DNA of 64,000 nt from Rhynchobatus australiae (taxonomy: Eukaryota): assembly GCA_034780895.1 (NCBI GenBank), contig JAUZTB010000042.1:28942624-29006623 (forward strand), read 5' to 3'. The translations under genes were made by a program, and so were the position numbers. The notes beneath the pieces were generated by a model. That model searched no databases and was not told where the DNA came from. It worked only from the letters and a program-made list of their open reading frames with translations. This document shows, in pieces, positions 12,510 to 24,930 of the stretch. Every line of letters begins with the position of its first letter. Within the stretch, counting starts at the first letter, position 1.

Positions 12510-12945
12510 GTTGAGTTTATTATCATATGCACAAGTACCTGTATTCGCGAGCAATGATAAACTTAACTGCAGCAGCATCACAGGCACATAGCATCAGATA
12601 CACAACATTCGCAAGAAAACCATAATTTAAACATAATTTTTACAGGAAAGAACAATTAGAATGAAAACAAAATCTATTGAAGTGCAAAGTGGTCATGGTA
12701 TTGCTATACTGAGGTTCGAATTAGGGTTGTGCAGGTTGGTTCAAGAACCGAATGGTTGAAGGGAGGTCGCTGTTCTTGAATCTGGTGGTGTGGGACTTTG
12801 GGCTTCTGTACCTCCTGCCCATTGGTAGCTGCAAAAAGATGGCATGGCCCAGATGATGGGGATCTTTGATGATAGATATTGCCTTCTTGAGGCAGTGCCT
12901 TATGTAGATATTACCAATGATGGGGACAGATGTGCCCATGCTGTA
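12510..12945 (-). mobile_element. Rex1/Babar-type LINE 3' end
   Basis: Minus ORF IIKDPHHLGHAIFLQLPMGRRYRSPKSHTTRFKNSDLPSTIRFLN matches the Rex1/Babar C-terminal motif (HP.H.LF..LPSGRRYRS...T.R.KNSF.P.AIR.LN), followed by a 3' UTR. Confidence 0.8.
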
Positions 12946-13976
12946 AGGGAATATGTGGTGAGTGTATTGATGATCGTAAATAATCATCCACCTAATAAGT
13001 GGGGGCATGCTAGGTATATGAGGTGTACTGATGTTTGAGGTTATGCACAGGTACTCTTTGTTTAAGGTTATTAAATTAGTCCTGGTAACGTCTGTTGAAT
13101 TGTTATGTTGCCACCTCCCTCATTATGTTTTGCATGCTTTGTGATCCTTCCTTTCAAAAATGATAATATGCTAATTACTCTTTGCCCTTATCTCTGCCAG
13201 TGATATCTCTTTAGGTGTTTTTCAGATGGGTGTTGCTTATCTCTACACACTTATAAGAATGTTTTCTTTCATTCTGTTCACATGCTTCTGACCTTTAAAT
13301 AGTTGTACCTTTTGAAATGCTGCTTCAGTCATACATGCCTTCTTTCCAGAGGCAGTAGAGTGAGGAAGCCACTGTAAACTTGCCCAACTTATGAATTAAG
13401 CTCCCTCCCAAAACAAAAGTACTGTAGGTTATTTTGGGCAAACAGACANNNNNNNNNNNNNNNNNNNNNNNNNNNNNNNNNNNNNNNNNNNNNNNNNNNN
13501 NNNNNNNNNNNNNNNNNNNNNNNNNNNNNNNNNNNNNNNNNNNNNNNNNNNNNNNNNNNNNNNNNNNNNNNNNNNNNNNNNNNNNNNNNNNNNNNNNNNN
13601 NNNNNNNNNNNNNNNNNNNNNNNNNNNNNNNNNNNNNNNNNNNNNNNNNNNNNNNNNNNNNNNNNNNNNNNNNNNNNNNNNNNNNNNNNNNNNNNNNNNN
13701 NNNNNNNNNNNNNNNNNNNNNNNNNNNNNNNNNNNNNNNNNNNNNNNNNNNNNNNNNNNNNNNNNNNNNNNNNNNNNNNNNNNNNNNNNNNNNNNNNNNN
13801 NNNNNNNNNNNNNNNNNNNNNNNNNNNNNNNNNNNNNNNNNNNNNNNNNNNNNNNNNNNNNNNNNNNNNNNNNNNNNNNNNNNNNNNNNNNNNNNNNNNN
13901 NNNNNNNNNNNNNNNNNNNNNNNNNNNNNNNNNNNNNNNNNNNNNNNNNNNNNNNNNNNNNNNNNNNNNNNNNNNN

Positions 13977-14200
13977 AACTGGAATAATAAGTTAGTTAGT
14001 ACCAGTAATAGTGACCATGAAACTAACATTGTTGTACCAAATTCACCTGTGTCCTTTGGAGAAGGAAATCTGACACCCTCACTTGGTCTGGCCACATATC
14101 GCCCCAGATTCACTACAATGGGCTTGATACTAAAATGGTCTGGCAAGGCAATTAGTTTAGAGACATTTAGGACTGGACAGTAAATCCCATGGACAAATAA
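13977..14200 (+). mobile_element. Partial tRNA-SINE of a second elasmobranch family (5' end lost in the gap)
   Basis: Shares gtgaccatgaaact...tcctttggagaaggaaatctg...ggtctggcc with the copy at 40750-41050. Confidence 0.6.
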
Positions 14201-15229
14201 GAAAATATAAATTTCTTAAACCCTGTGTGCTTTTATACAATGTACCTTGAAGTATCTGATGAGTGATGCTAATGTCAGAGGGTAGAGATATTCTCCTGCA
14301 TTTGTTTTGGGAGTGTCTTTAATCTGGAAAGGAATTCTTGTGTGAATAATTCTTTATGAATTCTCCACAGTTCTGAGAGGTCATGTATGATTTACTAAAA
14401 GTATATCACATCTTTACATTCTAACTTAAATGATCAGATATTTGATGAAGTGACCCTCACTGTTACAATTAAAATATACAACAAAATTACATTTAAATAA
14501 AATCCCCACCTCCCAAGAGCTATCATTTCAGAATGGGATGGGTTAATATGCTATATATCATCACTGGGTGATGAATAAAATACACAGTAACATACAGTAC
14601 CCTTGTTAACTTGAATGGCCCTCAAATCTTGGTCATGCTGGTAAAATAAATCAGGTTCATTTTGGGCATGTGGGAAAGATCAAGAGCATAAATGAGAACT
14701 CTGGAGGAGTTAAAATTGACACTCTTAAAACTTTGAAATCTGTTGAATGGATGAGAAGTTTTAAAATAGTGGGAGTTTGACACATAATTCACATTTTGAC
14801 AGGTTTAATTTAATAAATGTCAAGATAAATTAATCAAAGTATTCTTATTGCAGAACTCCAACAAAACATTGGAATGTCTATCTATGAGCAATAAGGTTAT
14901 GGAAAATATTTTGGGGGGGGGGAGTCAAACTTCAAACTTGTCAGTTTTATTTATATCACAGATGTGTGGGTGAAATTTTGATCAGGAAAGTGGATCTCTG
15001 CAATACATTGCCAGTACCTCGTTACTGCTGGGTCTAAATCCTGGAACACTCTATTGCTTTATTTCTATGTGCTTTATTGTTTCACTGATTTTAGTTGAGC
15101 TTAATTAGAAAAAGGATATTATATTTTTTAAAAACATTTCTTTTAGTGGGCCAATATGCTCCCTGTGTATTTGATTTGTGAATTGATAAAATTAATAGAA
15201 GTAAAAATTGTTGATAAATAGAAAAGAGT

Positions 15230-16260
15230 AGGATAGCCCTGGTGCTTAATAATGAGGAAAAGGCAGTAGAGAAAAATGATCTTTGTTCAAAGAATCAAGA
15301 ACTAGAAATGATTTTGGAGGAACTAAGAAAAAGCAAGGGTCAGAAAATATCAGTAGTTGAAAATGGGTCTCCAAACAGCAGTGGTAATGTAGAGTATAAT
15401 GAAAATCAAGACATTGGACATGCATATAATGGCTTAATTAATGAACTGAGAGTTAAGTTGCCTTTAGGCAACAGCGATAACAATATGATGGAGTTTCATA
15501 TAAAATTAGTTAATAAATCAGGTTTAGTTGCAAAATTATACAGATTTTTTTTAAATGGTGAGAGATTCAAAAGTATTGGTGTTCAGAGGAACTTGAATTT
15601 CCCTGTTTAAAAAAGATCTCAAAGTTACCATGCAGGTCCAGTGAGCAGTTTAGTAAGGCAAGTGGTATGTTGGCCGATTTGAGAACAAGAGTAGAGGTGT
15701 CTTGATCCAATTATACAAGGCCCTGCTGAGACCACATCAGGAAAGTTGTGCACTGGTCTGATCTTCCTACATGAGGTCGAGGGACTGCAGCATATGGTTG
15801 ACCAGATTGATTCCTCAGAGAACAGATTTGTTGCATTGGCAAAAATCATGCAGATTGGGCCCATACTGTATTGCTCTCAAAAGAATGAGGGGTGATCATG
15901 TTGAAACATACAGAATTATTATCAAGCTCGATGTAGTAGATGTGGAGTTGATATTTGCACTGGTTGACATGTCTAGAACTAGATATTGGGGGNNNNNNNN
16001 NNTGGGGGGAAAAAAAGGAGATGGCCATTCTAGACAGAGGAGAAGAAATTCCTTCTCCCAGAGAGTAGTGATTCTTTGAAATTCTTTCCACAAGAGGGTG
16101 GTAGAGGGTTAGTGATTGAGTATATTCAACATCGAGATTGATATGTCTTTTGATATTAAGGCAATTAAGGGAGGAAGGGATTAATACAGGAAAGCACTGA
16201 GGTAAAGATTATTCACAAAGGGCTGAATAGCCTACTTATACTGTTTCTTAAGTTCTTATT
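15230..16260 (+). mobile_element. Highly decayed, internally deleted CR1 LINE
   Basis: LNGERFKSIGVQRNL and RMRGDHVETYRII...SRTR...RRNSFSQRVV motifs, plus a CR1 3' tail (gggctgaatagcctactt). Confidence 0.75.
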
Positions 16261-18289
16261 TAACTGTAATTTGTAAGGTTAACCATTTAATCACCATGCT
16301 GGAATTAATTCTCTTACCTACCCCACTTATTTTTATTCATACAGTGTAAATAATAGATATACCGTACTAAAATACAAAACACCTAAAATGCAGAAACAGC
16401 TTTCTGTGGAAGGTCAGTATTCTGTCCTGCTTTCCCAAGAGAATACTTTGTAGATGTGTAAGTAGATCCTTCTGTTCTTGTTGCCCCCATTAACAGATTG
16501 CAAAACTGGCAACAACTGATTAGTTTAATATCATTATAAGCAATCGTCATGTTGATAAGAAGGAACTTTTTTTTTTGGTCTTTGAGATGTGTGTGCGATT
16601 GCCTTTCATGTCCGTCAGACCTCTGTGGTGCACATTGTGAGGGCTGAAAGCTTCTGCAGCTGCCATTGCTGATCAGTCGGTACAACACAGCCCCTTGGGG
16701 AGGCAGCAGTAACTGTGAATATAGGGATGGACAAACCCTGCTGACTGGGAGTGAAGGCTGGTAAACTTGCTCTCTAGTCCTGTCTAGCTCATCAGCCTCA
16801 AAAATATAATTTAGATGATTATCTATCTTCCCATTAAACCTTGTGACCCGTCAGAAGCCGTTTGAAGTTTGCCTGCTTAGGCATGCTGATAGGAAGAATA
16901 GAAGGATTAACTCAGAGGTCATGTAATTGGAGAGCAGTACAGAAATTGCCAAAAAAATCGGGGAAACATTTTCTCCCAAAACCTATGAGCAGCAATGTAC
17001 TGATGTCATCAATGATGGAATCTTTAAACTCAATAATTAGAAACTTTAAAAACAAAATTTCTTCATTCTTGAAAGTCAGTCAACAAAAGTGTACATTATT
17101 TTTACATGGGAGGTTTTTAGTGTATTATCTTGAATCATGTCTAAAGTCTCTAGATTAATGTTTGATTGTCAAGTTAGAGAACAAGCTATAATTTGCTTAG
17201 AATGTTGAACTGGAAGGTTGGTAAATGACCCTGNNNNNNNNNNNNNNNAACACATAATTTTCAAATGATGAAAGCCAGGTATTTGAGATTTTGAAATGTA
17301 TTTTCTTTATTTGAAATTCACACCAGCTAAGATGAAGTTTCTGTCAGTCTGCCAATGGGGGTATGTGGTGGTTTTCAAGTTCTTTTGAGATTTAACTGTT
17401 ACCAGAATAATTTTTAAAAACTTGTGACTTCAATAATGCAAGACAAATCAATCATGCATTTCCCATGAGGATTTTTTTTACTAACTGTTTAAGTTGTCAG
17501 AGTGTGTATTTAAAAAAACTTTACATGACCCAACAGCAGTTTCTTTTGAAATGAAATGTTACCAGGTAGTCAAAGCAATGAGTTTGTACAATGAACGATA
17601 ATTAAGCAGTGCAAGTGTTTCTGCTATTCAATTAAGCCAATAGGAAACAACAGTCATTCAGTATTACATGTTAAGACGGTTGTACTACTTGAAGGAAATG
17701 GGTGGGATATCAGGTTGCACACTTTAATTAATCACTGCCATTTTATTAATGCAATTACTCATTGTTAACATTCTGCAAATGGCCCTTATTTTATATTTTA
17801 AAAAAGTATATTTTGGTTCAGTTGTATTCTTCAGGAAAATATCCTCAAATTATGAACTGAAAACATTTTTGTTTTGTGTGACAATCCATTACCCTGACTC
17901 GGTTTAAAATTGTTTGTTTGAATTGTGATGTATGTGACCACAGGTGAACTAGATTAATTACAAAGGGAGCATTGAAGCACTAATGCCTATGCCTGTAGGA
18001 AGCTGGTGCTTTTTTTTTGATGCAATATTCATGACTTACAATAACTTTCATGTTTACAACCATATTAGTTTCATTGATGAGGTTCTTGAGAAGTTAGTAT
18101 CTATTAACTGTACTAAAGTTGCACTTTTTCAAATTACTTCAGAAGCTTAAACTTGGGCGGTACCTCACTAATTAGAGGTTGAAGTTGATTTTTTTTCATG
18201 CTATTTTATGCTCCTCAATATAAAATTAGGCACTGAAAGGCCAGGCCAATATTTCTTAAAGAAAAACTGTCAATGACTCTTAAGTTAGG

Positions 18290-20700
18290 AAGAGATCTGT
18301 TACTGTTGGTAATGTCAATGAAGGTCCAGATGTTCCAGCTCTCAAACTTGAAGTTGTTTGACGACTTCTCACGTGGGATAGTTTTCTCATAAATAACACC
18401 CAGCTTCATCAAAGAGACAAGCACAGGACCTCACAGCAACATCTCTGATCCCAACATCAGCACCTGTTAGATTATGTTATTGCCCAAGCAAGAGACAGCA
18501 TGGATGCCTGCATCACCTGCTCCTAGATAAGTACTGATGACTGTTGGATAAACCACTGCCTAATTAACTTTATCTCCATCAGCCATGGAGTCACAGGGTG
18601 TCCACAGTTTTTAGATTGTCTTGAAGTCGAACATAATTAGTACCTGTCAAGAGACTCTTATCTTTGTACTTGGATTCATTTGATGAGAATAGCCAGGAGA
18701 TCCAAGAAAGTTCTTGGATAGAAAACTCTTCCAAGCCTCAAGGGAAAACAAGGAACTCTAAGCATCTGAATGTGGTCTGACAGAAAACACTTGACCTAAA
18801 GAACAGATGGGTGTAAAGAGCATGGGAGATCCAGCAACTTGCTGATAACCATGATATGCAGAGATTCCTCAGTGCTGTCATGACCATCTATGGCTCAGAT
18901 ACTCTGCCTAGAAAGAAGGAAAGATGCAGACAGTGTCTGCTGAAAGGAACATACTGAAGAACTATTCAATTATGACTGTGTCTTTGATGTGAGTGTCCTT
19001 CACCCCATCCTGCAGCTAGCTATCTTGTCCAACCTTGCTACCACCCCAGAATGATAAAAGTTGAAAAGGCCAAATAGCAACTGAGAAACAAGGCGGCCTT
19101 GGGAGCACACTGTATCCCTGACTATAGTCACAAATTCAGAACCTCACGTTCTATGTCTGGGAAAAGGAGGTCCTGCTGGGAGACCTCAGCTGTCATAATT
19201 GTGACCATCTTCAAGAAAGGAGACGAATCCCACTGCAGTAACTACAGAGAGAACACCCTGCTGTCTTCCACAGAGAAAGTCATTGCCAGGTTTGTTCTCA
19301 CTGCTTCCTCCCAGTGACTGAAGAGCTGCACCTCAAATCACAGTGTGGATTCTGTCTGTCTAGAGGCACAGTATGCATGATCTTCAATGTCAAGAGAACT
19401 GCAGGGAACGTCATCAACCACTATACATAGTTCTTCTGGACCTCCCAAAACCTTTTGGCTCCACCAGTTGAGAAGCACAATGGAACATCCTTCTCATAAT
19501 GGGCTGCCTGAAATTGGTTTGCATCTTGCATCCTCGTGGCTTGCAACTTTTTATTACAACCAATGAGTCCAGAACAGACTCTTTCTTAGTGCAGGTTGGT
19601 GTCAAGCAAGACTGCATTATTGCCCCCAATTCTTTTCTGTCTTTCTTGCAGCACTGCTTCACCTCCCTCCACCGGTCTTCCTGTTAGAGCATGGCTAATC
19701 ATAGGACAAATGAGAAACTCTTCAATCTGCATCACCACTTCTCCAGAACCATGATCACTCCATTCTTAGTCATGGAGCTGTAGCATGGAGACAATGTTTG
19801 CTTATGGCCAGGTTCAGAGGCCAAGCTCCAAGTCTTCATCGACTCATTCACTGAAGGAAATGAGAGAATGAGCCTTGTGCAAAAAAAGTCCCTTAACCGA
19901 TTTTGTATATCCCCCCCCCCGTGTACAAAACCTCTGCCTGACAAAGTCCATTACAAGACCCTGGAAAATCATGACGGCTCTCCTTATCTTTCATCATCTA
20001 TGCCTCCCAACGAAGGCAGACGTGGATGATGAAATTCACTATGACTATTAGTGCACCGACACAATTATCAATGATCTGAGGAAAAGAGTCTTTGAAGATC
20101 TTGACACCAAATCTGGAACTGAGCTCAAGTTACCAGTCATGAGTGTCCTCTGCTCTACAATATGCATCAGGGACATGGCATCACAGAGCATTGGAGAGGT
20201 AATACCGACTCAGCCTCTGCAAGATCCTACAAATGCATTGACATGATGTCAACCAATGTGTCCTCTCCCAAACCAGCATTCCCAGCACTGAGACTAATTA
20301 GATTCAATGGGCTTCAAAGGCCAGGCCATGTTGTTTGCTATCAAGCTCATCCACAGAAAGAGATTATCAAAGGGCAGAGGAAACAATTTCAGGTTGTTCT
20401 CAAAGCCTTTTTGGAAAAAGTACAACTTTTGTGGGAAACCCTGGCCAACAGCCACCCAAAATGGAGGAGCATTTGGGAAGGCACTGAGAACTGTGAGCCT
20501 CTTCAGGAACATGCAGGAGTCCAGCAAAAACAGTGGGAGGAGTGCATTTTTACCCAAACTACCCAAGTCTCTGCTCCTTTAGCACCACCCTCCCGGGCAG
20601 TGGTAGAGTTTTTGGGACCACATTGAATCCCAATAGGCACTAGGGTGGATAGTAAGCCCTCCTAGACCCTAAAGGACTTCATAAGAAGAGGAGGAGGCTT
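18290..20700 (+). mobile_element. Decayed RTE-clade (BovB-like) LINE with an inverted 5' segment
   Basis: Plus strand: endonuclease C-terminus QRDKHRTSQQHL*SQHQHLLDYVIAQARD (about 18410-18520), RT motifs IVTIFKKGDESHCSNYRENTLLSSTEKVIAR and GVKQDCIIAP, and a GAA/GAG-rich tail near 20690. Minus strand 18295-18360: endonuclease N-terminus FKFESWNIWTFIDITNSNR. Confidence 0.85.
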
Positions 20701-21529
20701 ATTAAGCCTTTCAGACCTACATAAATCTTCTTGACTGTTGCTGGTTCCCTCTGGGATGGCTACAGCACTTCATCCTTGGCTCACCACCTTCTAAGTTTCT
20801 ATATCCTGCCGAGCACGGTGGAGAACACTGCCGACTTCACCTCCACCACACCTCCAAATGAATTGAGGAGCTGCTGATCGCGGTTCATTCAGTTTTACTA
20901 ACTTGCCGCTATTAATGAGCATGAAGTGTAGAACTGATTTGAGCCTTGTGCCAGCATCATTAAACAAAAATAAGAGGATAAACAGGGCCTGCCCAATTTA
21001 TGCAGTGGACAATAATCGCATGCTATATAAATTTTAATGAATTTTTTGGTATTGTTCGTAACATTTCATAGTGTAAGTCAATGTACTATAATAAGCTCCC
21101 AGGTGCTTATCTTTTCCTCACAGCATGTCAGATTGAACCAATTGTTAAACAAATTAACATATTCATTTTGTTGAGGCAACTGCCAATTACTGTGCCTGAT
21201 TGTGCTTGGCCCAGGCTGCACCTTGTACTCACCCTGCACCATCCTCAGAGCCACGCTTAAACCTTATGGCCCACATATCAAATTTGTGTTGGAGGTTTCA
21301 CTGCTGTGCTGACTCGCAAAACGCACTGGCCCGATGGCTTCTTCACAAGTGACTGCTGTCGAAAGCCTTCTCGACTGTCTCCATAATCCGATGATCACTG
21401 ACATTCACAAAAAAGTTGCATTTAAATAATTAAAAAAATTAAAATTTAATTAGCTACGTTAAAACCATTTTAACTGATTAACTACATATATTAAAGAAGC
21501 AAAACACAGCTTTAATAAATTAAGTGAAA

Positions 21530-21722
21530 GTCAAAAATAGTGCAGATGCTGGAAATCCAAAATAAAAACAGAAAATGCTGGAAATACTCAGCAGGTCAGG
21601 CTACAACTTTGGGAAGAGAATCAGAGCTAATATATCAGATTAAAGACCCTTCATCAGATCTGAAACATTAGCTCTGTTACTCTTCCTGACCTGAGTGTTT
21701 CCAGCATTTTGGCTTTATTTAT
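21530..21722. repeat. Palindromic (fold-back) short element, probably derived from a Penelope-like pLTR
   Basis: Left arm aaaatgctggaaatactcagcaggtcagg pairs with right arm cctgacctgagtgtttccagcatttt; internal cagagctaat/attagctctg; CTGATGA on the minus strand at 21651-21657. Confidence 0.75.
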
Positions 21723-23144
21723 TATTTTAGGACACCTTAGCTACACTTGCTTTCTACAAAAGCTCTAGGGGCAGGTATGAAGTGAATCCATAGTCCAGCT
21801 CCAGCAGCATCTAACCTCCAGTGCATTCTGTATTCTGTGCTGCAACATACAGACATGGAAATCAGAACATGCTGAGCCAGGTGATGCCACTAACCAGTGT
21901 TCTCTATGGAGCAGGTGAAGAGGAGCTCAATGTGTGTCATGATGTTCTGCTGCATCTGTATGGAATGACAAATGTTGGCTTTAAAGACAAGACCAGAATA
22001 AATAGTACGACACAGTTAACAATACATGAAATATTCAATGAATTAGAAGCATTAATTTGTGTAGTTTAGAACAGATTTATGCTGACATAACTAGAGTTAC
22101 AATTAAGTAAACCCAAATAATAAGACAAATGTGCATCATATTGATTCATAATTGACAATATGATCTGTGAAAAGTCATTGCCCAAGCAGACAAAATAATG
22201 AAAAGTAAGTTGTTTTCTGTATGTTAACCAAGTGTTGCTTCTGAATTTTGCATTATTTGTTGAACAGAAAATAAAAACTGATTTTAAAAAATCTTAATTC
22301 TTAATGTATTAACAATTTATCAATCATGTATTAATAATGAAAGATTCACTTTGCATAATTTTATGTAGATACACTTGAAAAACTGATTTTAATTTTAGAT
22401 AAAATAGAAGAATTGTTTTTTTCTGTCCCAGAAATACTTTGACGGGGTGAAGCCCTTCTCCCAGGCTTACTGGTATCAAAGTTGTCAAGGTGATTGAATG
22501 TTTCCGAATGACTGATGTAAAAACACCAGGAAACAATTAAAAGTGAATAAATACATTAAAAGAAAAATAATTTGAATTGATTTAAAGAAAGGAAATACCT
22601 TGTACTTCTGTCTGTAGTCCTTTTATCCTGTTGAAATCAAAGAGCTAGCAGTTCACACCAGAAAGCAGTTTCACAGCCTAACTATTGAGAGATCTTTAAT
22701 CGTTTAGAGGCCAGTGCTCTATTCCAGGAGGGGTCCAGTCATGCAGCTCAGCTGTCAGAAGAACAATGTTCAACCACATGGAGGAGGTGGGACTTTTGCC
22801 ATTGCTCAAGATCCAAACTTCCACCCTACTACGGAAGTAAAAGTTGGCAGTTAGAAGTAGAGCTTCCAGATAGAAAATCTGGTCCAATGTTCTTGCAGAT
22901 TTCTCTCAGTTACTGTGAATTCTATTCTTAGTCATAGGAATACTGATAATGGCATCTTCTCCATGTGCATTTATTTTGGTCTGCAGTGTTTTTAACAGAG
23001 GTAGCTTTTGTAACTACTTGGAAAGCTTTATCAATGAAAAGCACAAGAGTTTTTGTTAGCATTTTTCTTATTTCCATTAAACTTTAAAAAAAATAGGTAT
23101 GTAATGCCACTGCAAAATAAAAACAGAAGTTGATTCAGGTCAAC

Positions 23145-23420
23145 ACACAGCAATTTAAGGTGCTGGGGAGTAGATATAGAGGAGATGTCAGGGGTAAGTT
23201 TTTTTTACTCAGATTGGTGAGTACATGGAATGGGTTGTCAGCAACGGTGGTGGAGGCAGATGCGATAGGGTCTTTTAAGAGACTGTTGAATAGGTACATG
23301 GAGCTGAAGAAAACAGAGGGCTATGGGTAAGCCTAGTAATTTCTAGGTTAGGGACATGTTCGGCACAGTTTTGTGGGCCAAAGAGCCTGAATTGTGCTGT
23401 GGTTTTTCTCTGTTTCTAAT
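23145..23420 (+). mobile_element. CR1 LINE 3' end
   Basis: FKVLGSRYRGDVRGKFF...VSTWNGL.ATVVEAD..GSFKRLLNRYM plus tail gtgggccaaagagcctga. Confidence 0.85.
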
Positions 23421-23967
23421 TCACATGCTTGTTATTTGGTCATGTTCAATTTTTAAAATGTGATAATAAACATTAAGGTCCTGGAACCTTCCTCTTGTAA
23501 TCACCTTCATACCAACTAAGGAACAGCTTAATATTCACATAATACTGATTCGATGCTTGATGCGCTCTCCTGCTTTTATCTGTTCTTGGGTAAACAATAT
23601 GATGGATTTATTGACAGTAGCAGGGCATGGTGCTTGTCAGATAACTCATGTTGACTGACTCACCTGGAAGTTTTCCAAAACATCCAGGCTTGTGTATACT
23701 TTTCAATATATATAGCAATGACACAAAATCTAATGTAGTTGGCATACACTTCGGTGTTATTTATGTTCTAGTCATCAGTCAGGACATTGCACATAGGGAT
23801 TTAAGGTAAATTGTAGTCTTCAGCTAAACACAGAGTTGGAGGTTGGGGAGAAACTGGGGAACATTGATGTAATTTATCCCGTTCTATTTAGGAAAATTAG
23901 ATTAACTTGGAATGAAGGCAGATGTGAATGTCATGTTCATGTGTGAATGTGCCTTACAGAGGGAGGG

Positions 23968-23984
23968 GGAGAGAGAGAGAGAGA
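23968..23984. repeat. Short (GA)n microsatellite
   Basis: gagagagagagagaga read directly. Confidence 0.7.
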
Positions 23985-24039
23985 TGAAGACATTCACATG
24001 CTGACTTTTACACATTTTCTGAAATTTAAAGAGTTTCCT

Positions 24040-24230
24040 TCCAATATGCCAGACATGGTAGGTTAGTAGGCCAATGTAAAATCAACTCTGGGATAGGTGG
24101 GTGATAGAATTGGTGGGTTTGTGGGGAGAATAGATCATGGAGAAAATTATTGGGGGAATGGGATAGTGCTGTGAGCCACCACAGACTCTTAATGGGCTGA
24201 ATGGCCTCCTATGTTGTAAGGAAATGTGGA
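24040..24230 (+). mobile_element. Partial V-SINE 3' half
   Basis: ggtaggttagtaggccaatgtaaa...gggggaatgggat...gtgagcca...atgggctgaatggcctcct, similar to the copy at 30445-30735. Confidence 0.6.
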
Positions 24231-24699
24231 AAAAGTTTAAAAACTACACATCTTTCAAAAATAATGCCAGATTTTATTGTAGAAATGATGGTAAAGCTAA
24301 CAGTACTTCCTGATAAAATACAAATTAGAGAGCAACGTCCACATATGCAAAGTTAAAAGGGTAAGCCAGGAAATTACTGTGTATGTTACCCTGCTTTTAG
24401 AGGAACCAGGCAATACCGGTTGCACACATTTGGTCCATGTCAGTGTGAGTAACATTTTGACAGCATGATAATTCTTGCCATCTGCTCTTGCACTGAAAAT
24501 TAGCTTTAACATGCTGGAATTTCACTTCAGATTTTAATTATTATTGAAGAATGTTAAAAATAGAAAAATGTAAAATCCTTTTCTCCCATTTTTCATTGTC
24601 TCTACTTGAAAGCTGCTTACCTTCTCTTTCCACTCCCTCTTTTTCCCTTAAAACAATAATAAAGGACAGAATTAGCTGTCAATTGGACAACAGTGGATT

Positions 24700-24930
24700 G
24701 GACAAAAGCAAAGACTTGTTCAAAGCAAAGTGAACTGAACTAACTACATAGTCTTTTAATTAGGTAAGAGAGGCTTGATAAGGGAAGTGTAGTTGATATG
24801 GTATATGTAGACTTTCAATAGGAATTTGATAACATGTTATCTGATTCTCTTATCATCAAGGTCAAAGCCCATGGAGTAAAAGGAACATTTGCAGCATTGC
24901 TACCGAATTGGATAAGTAACAGGAAACAGT
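24700..24930 (+). mobile_element. CR1 RT internal fragment
   Basis: VDMVYVDFQ*EFD...LIIKVKAHGVKG....PNWISNRKQ, a typical CR1 RT segment. Confidence 0.75.

Noticed and set aside
13325-14183. Long ORFs of 249-273 aa (also at 10052-10513, 51028-51736 and 57859-58474)
   Set aside because: They are open only because they run through N gaps.
21530-21722. Hairpin as a pre-miRNA, terminator or CRISPR-like repeat
   Set aside because: It is a dispersed multi-copy repeat in a vertebrate intron with no spacer array; a miRNA call needs small-RNA data.
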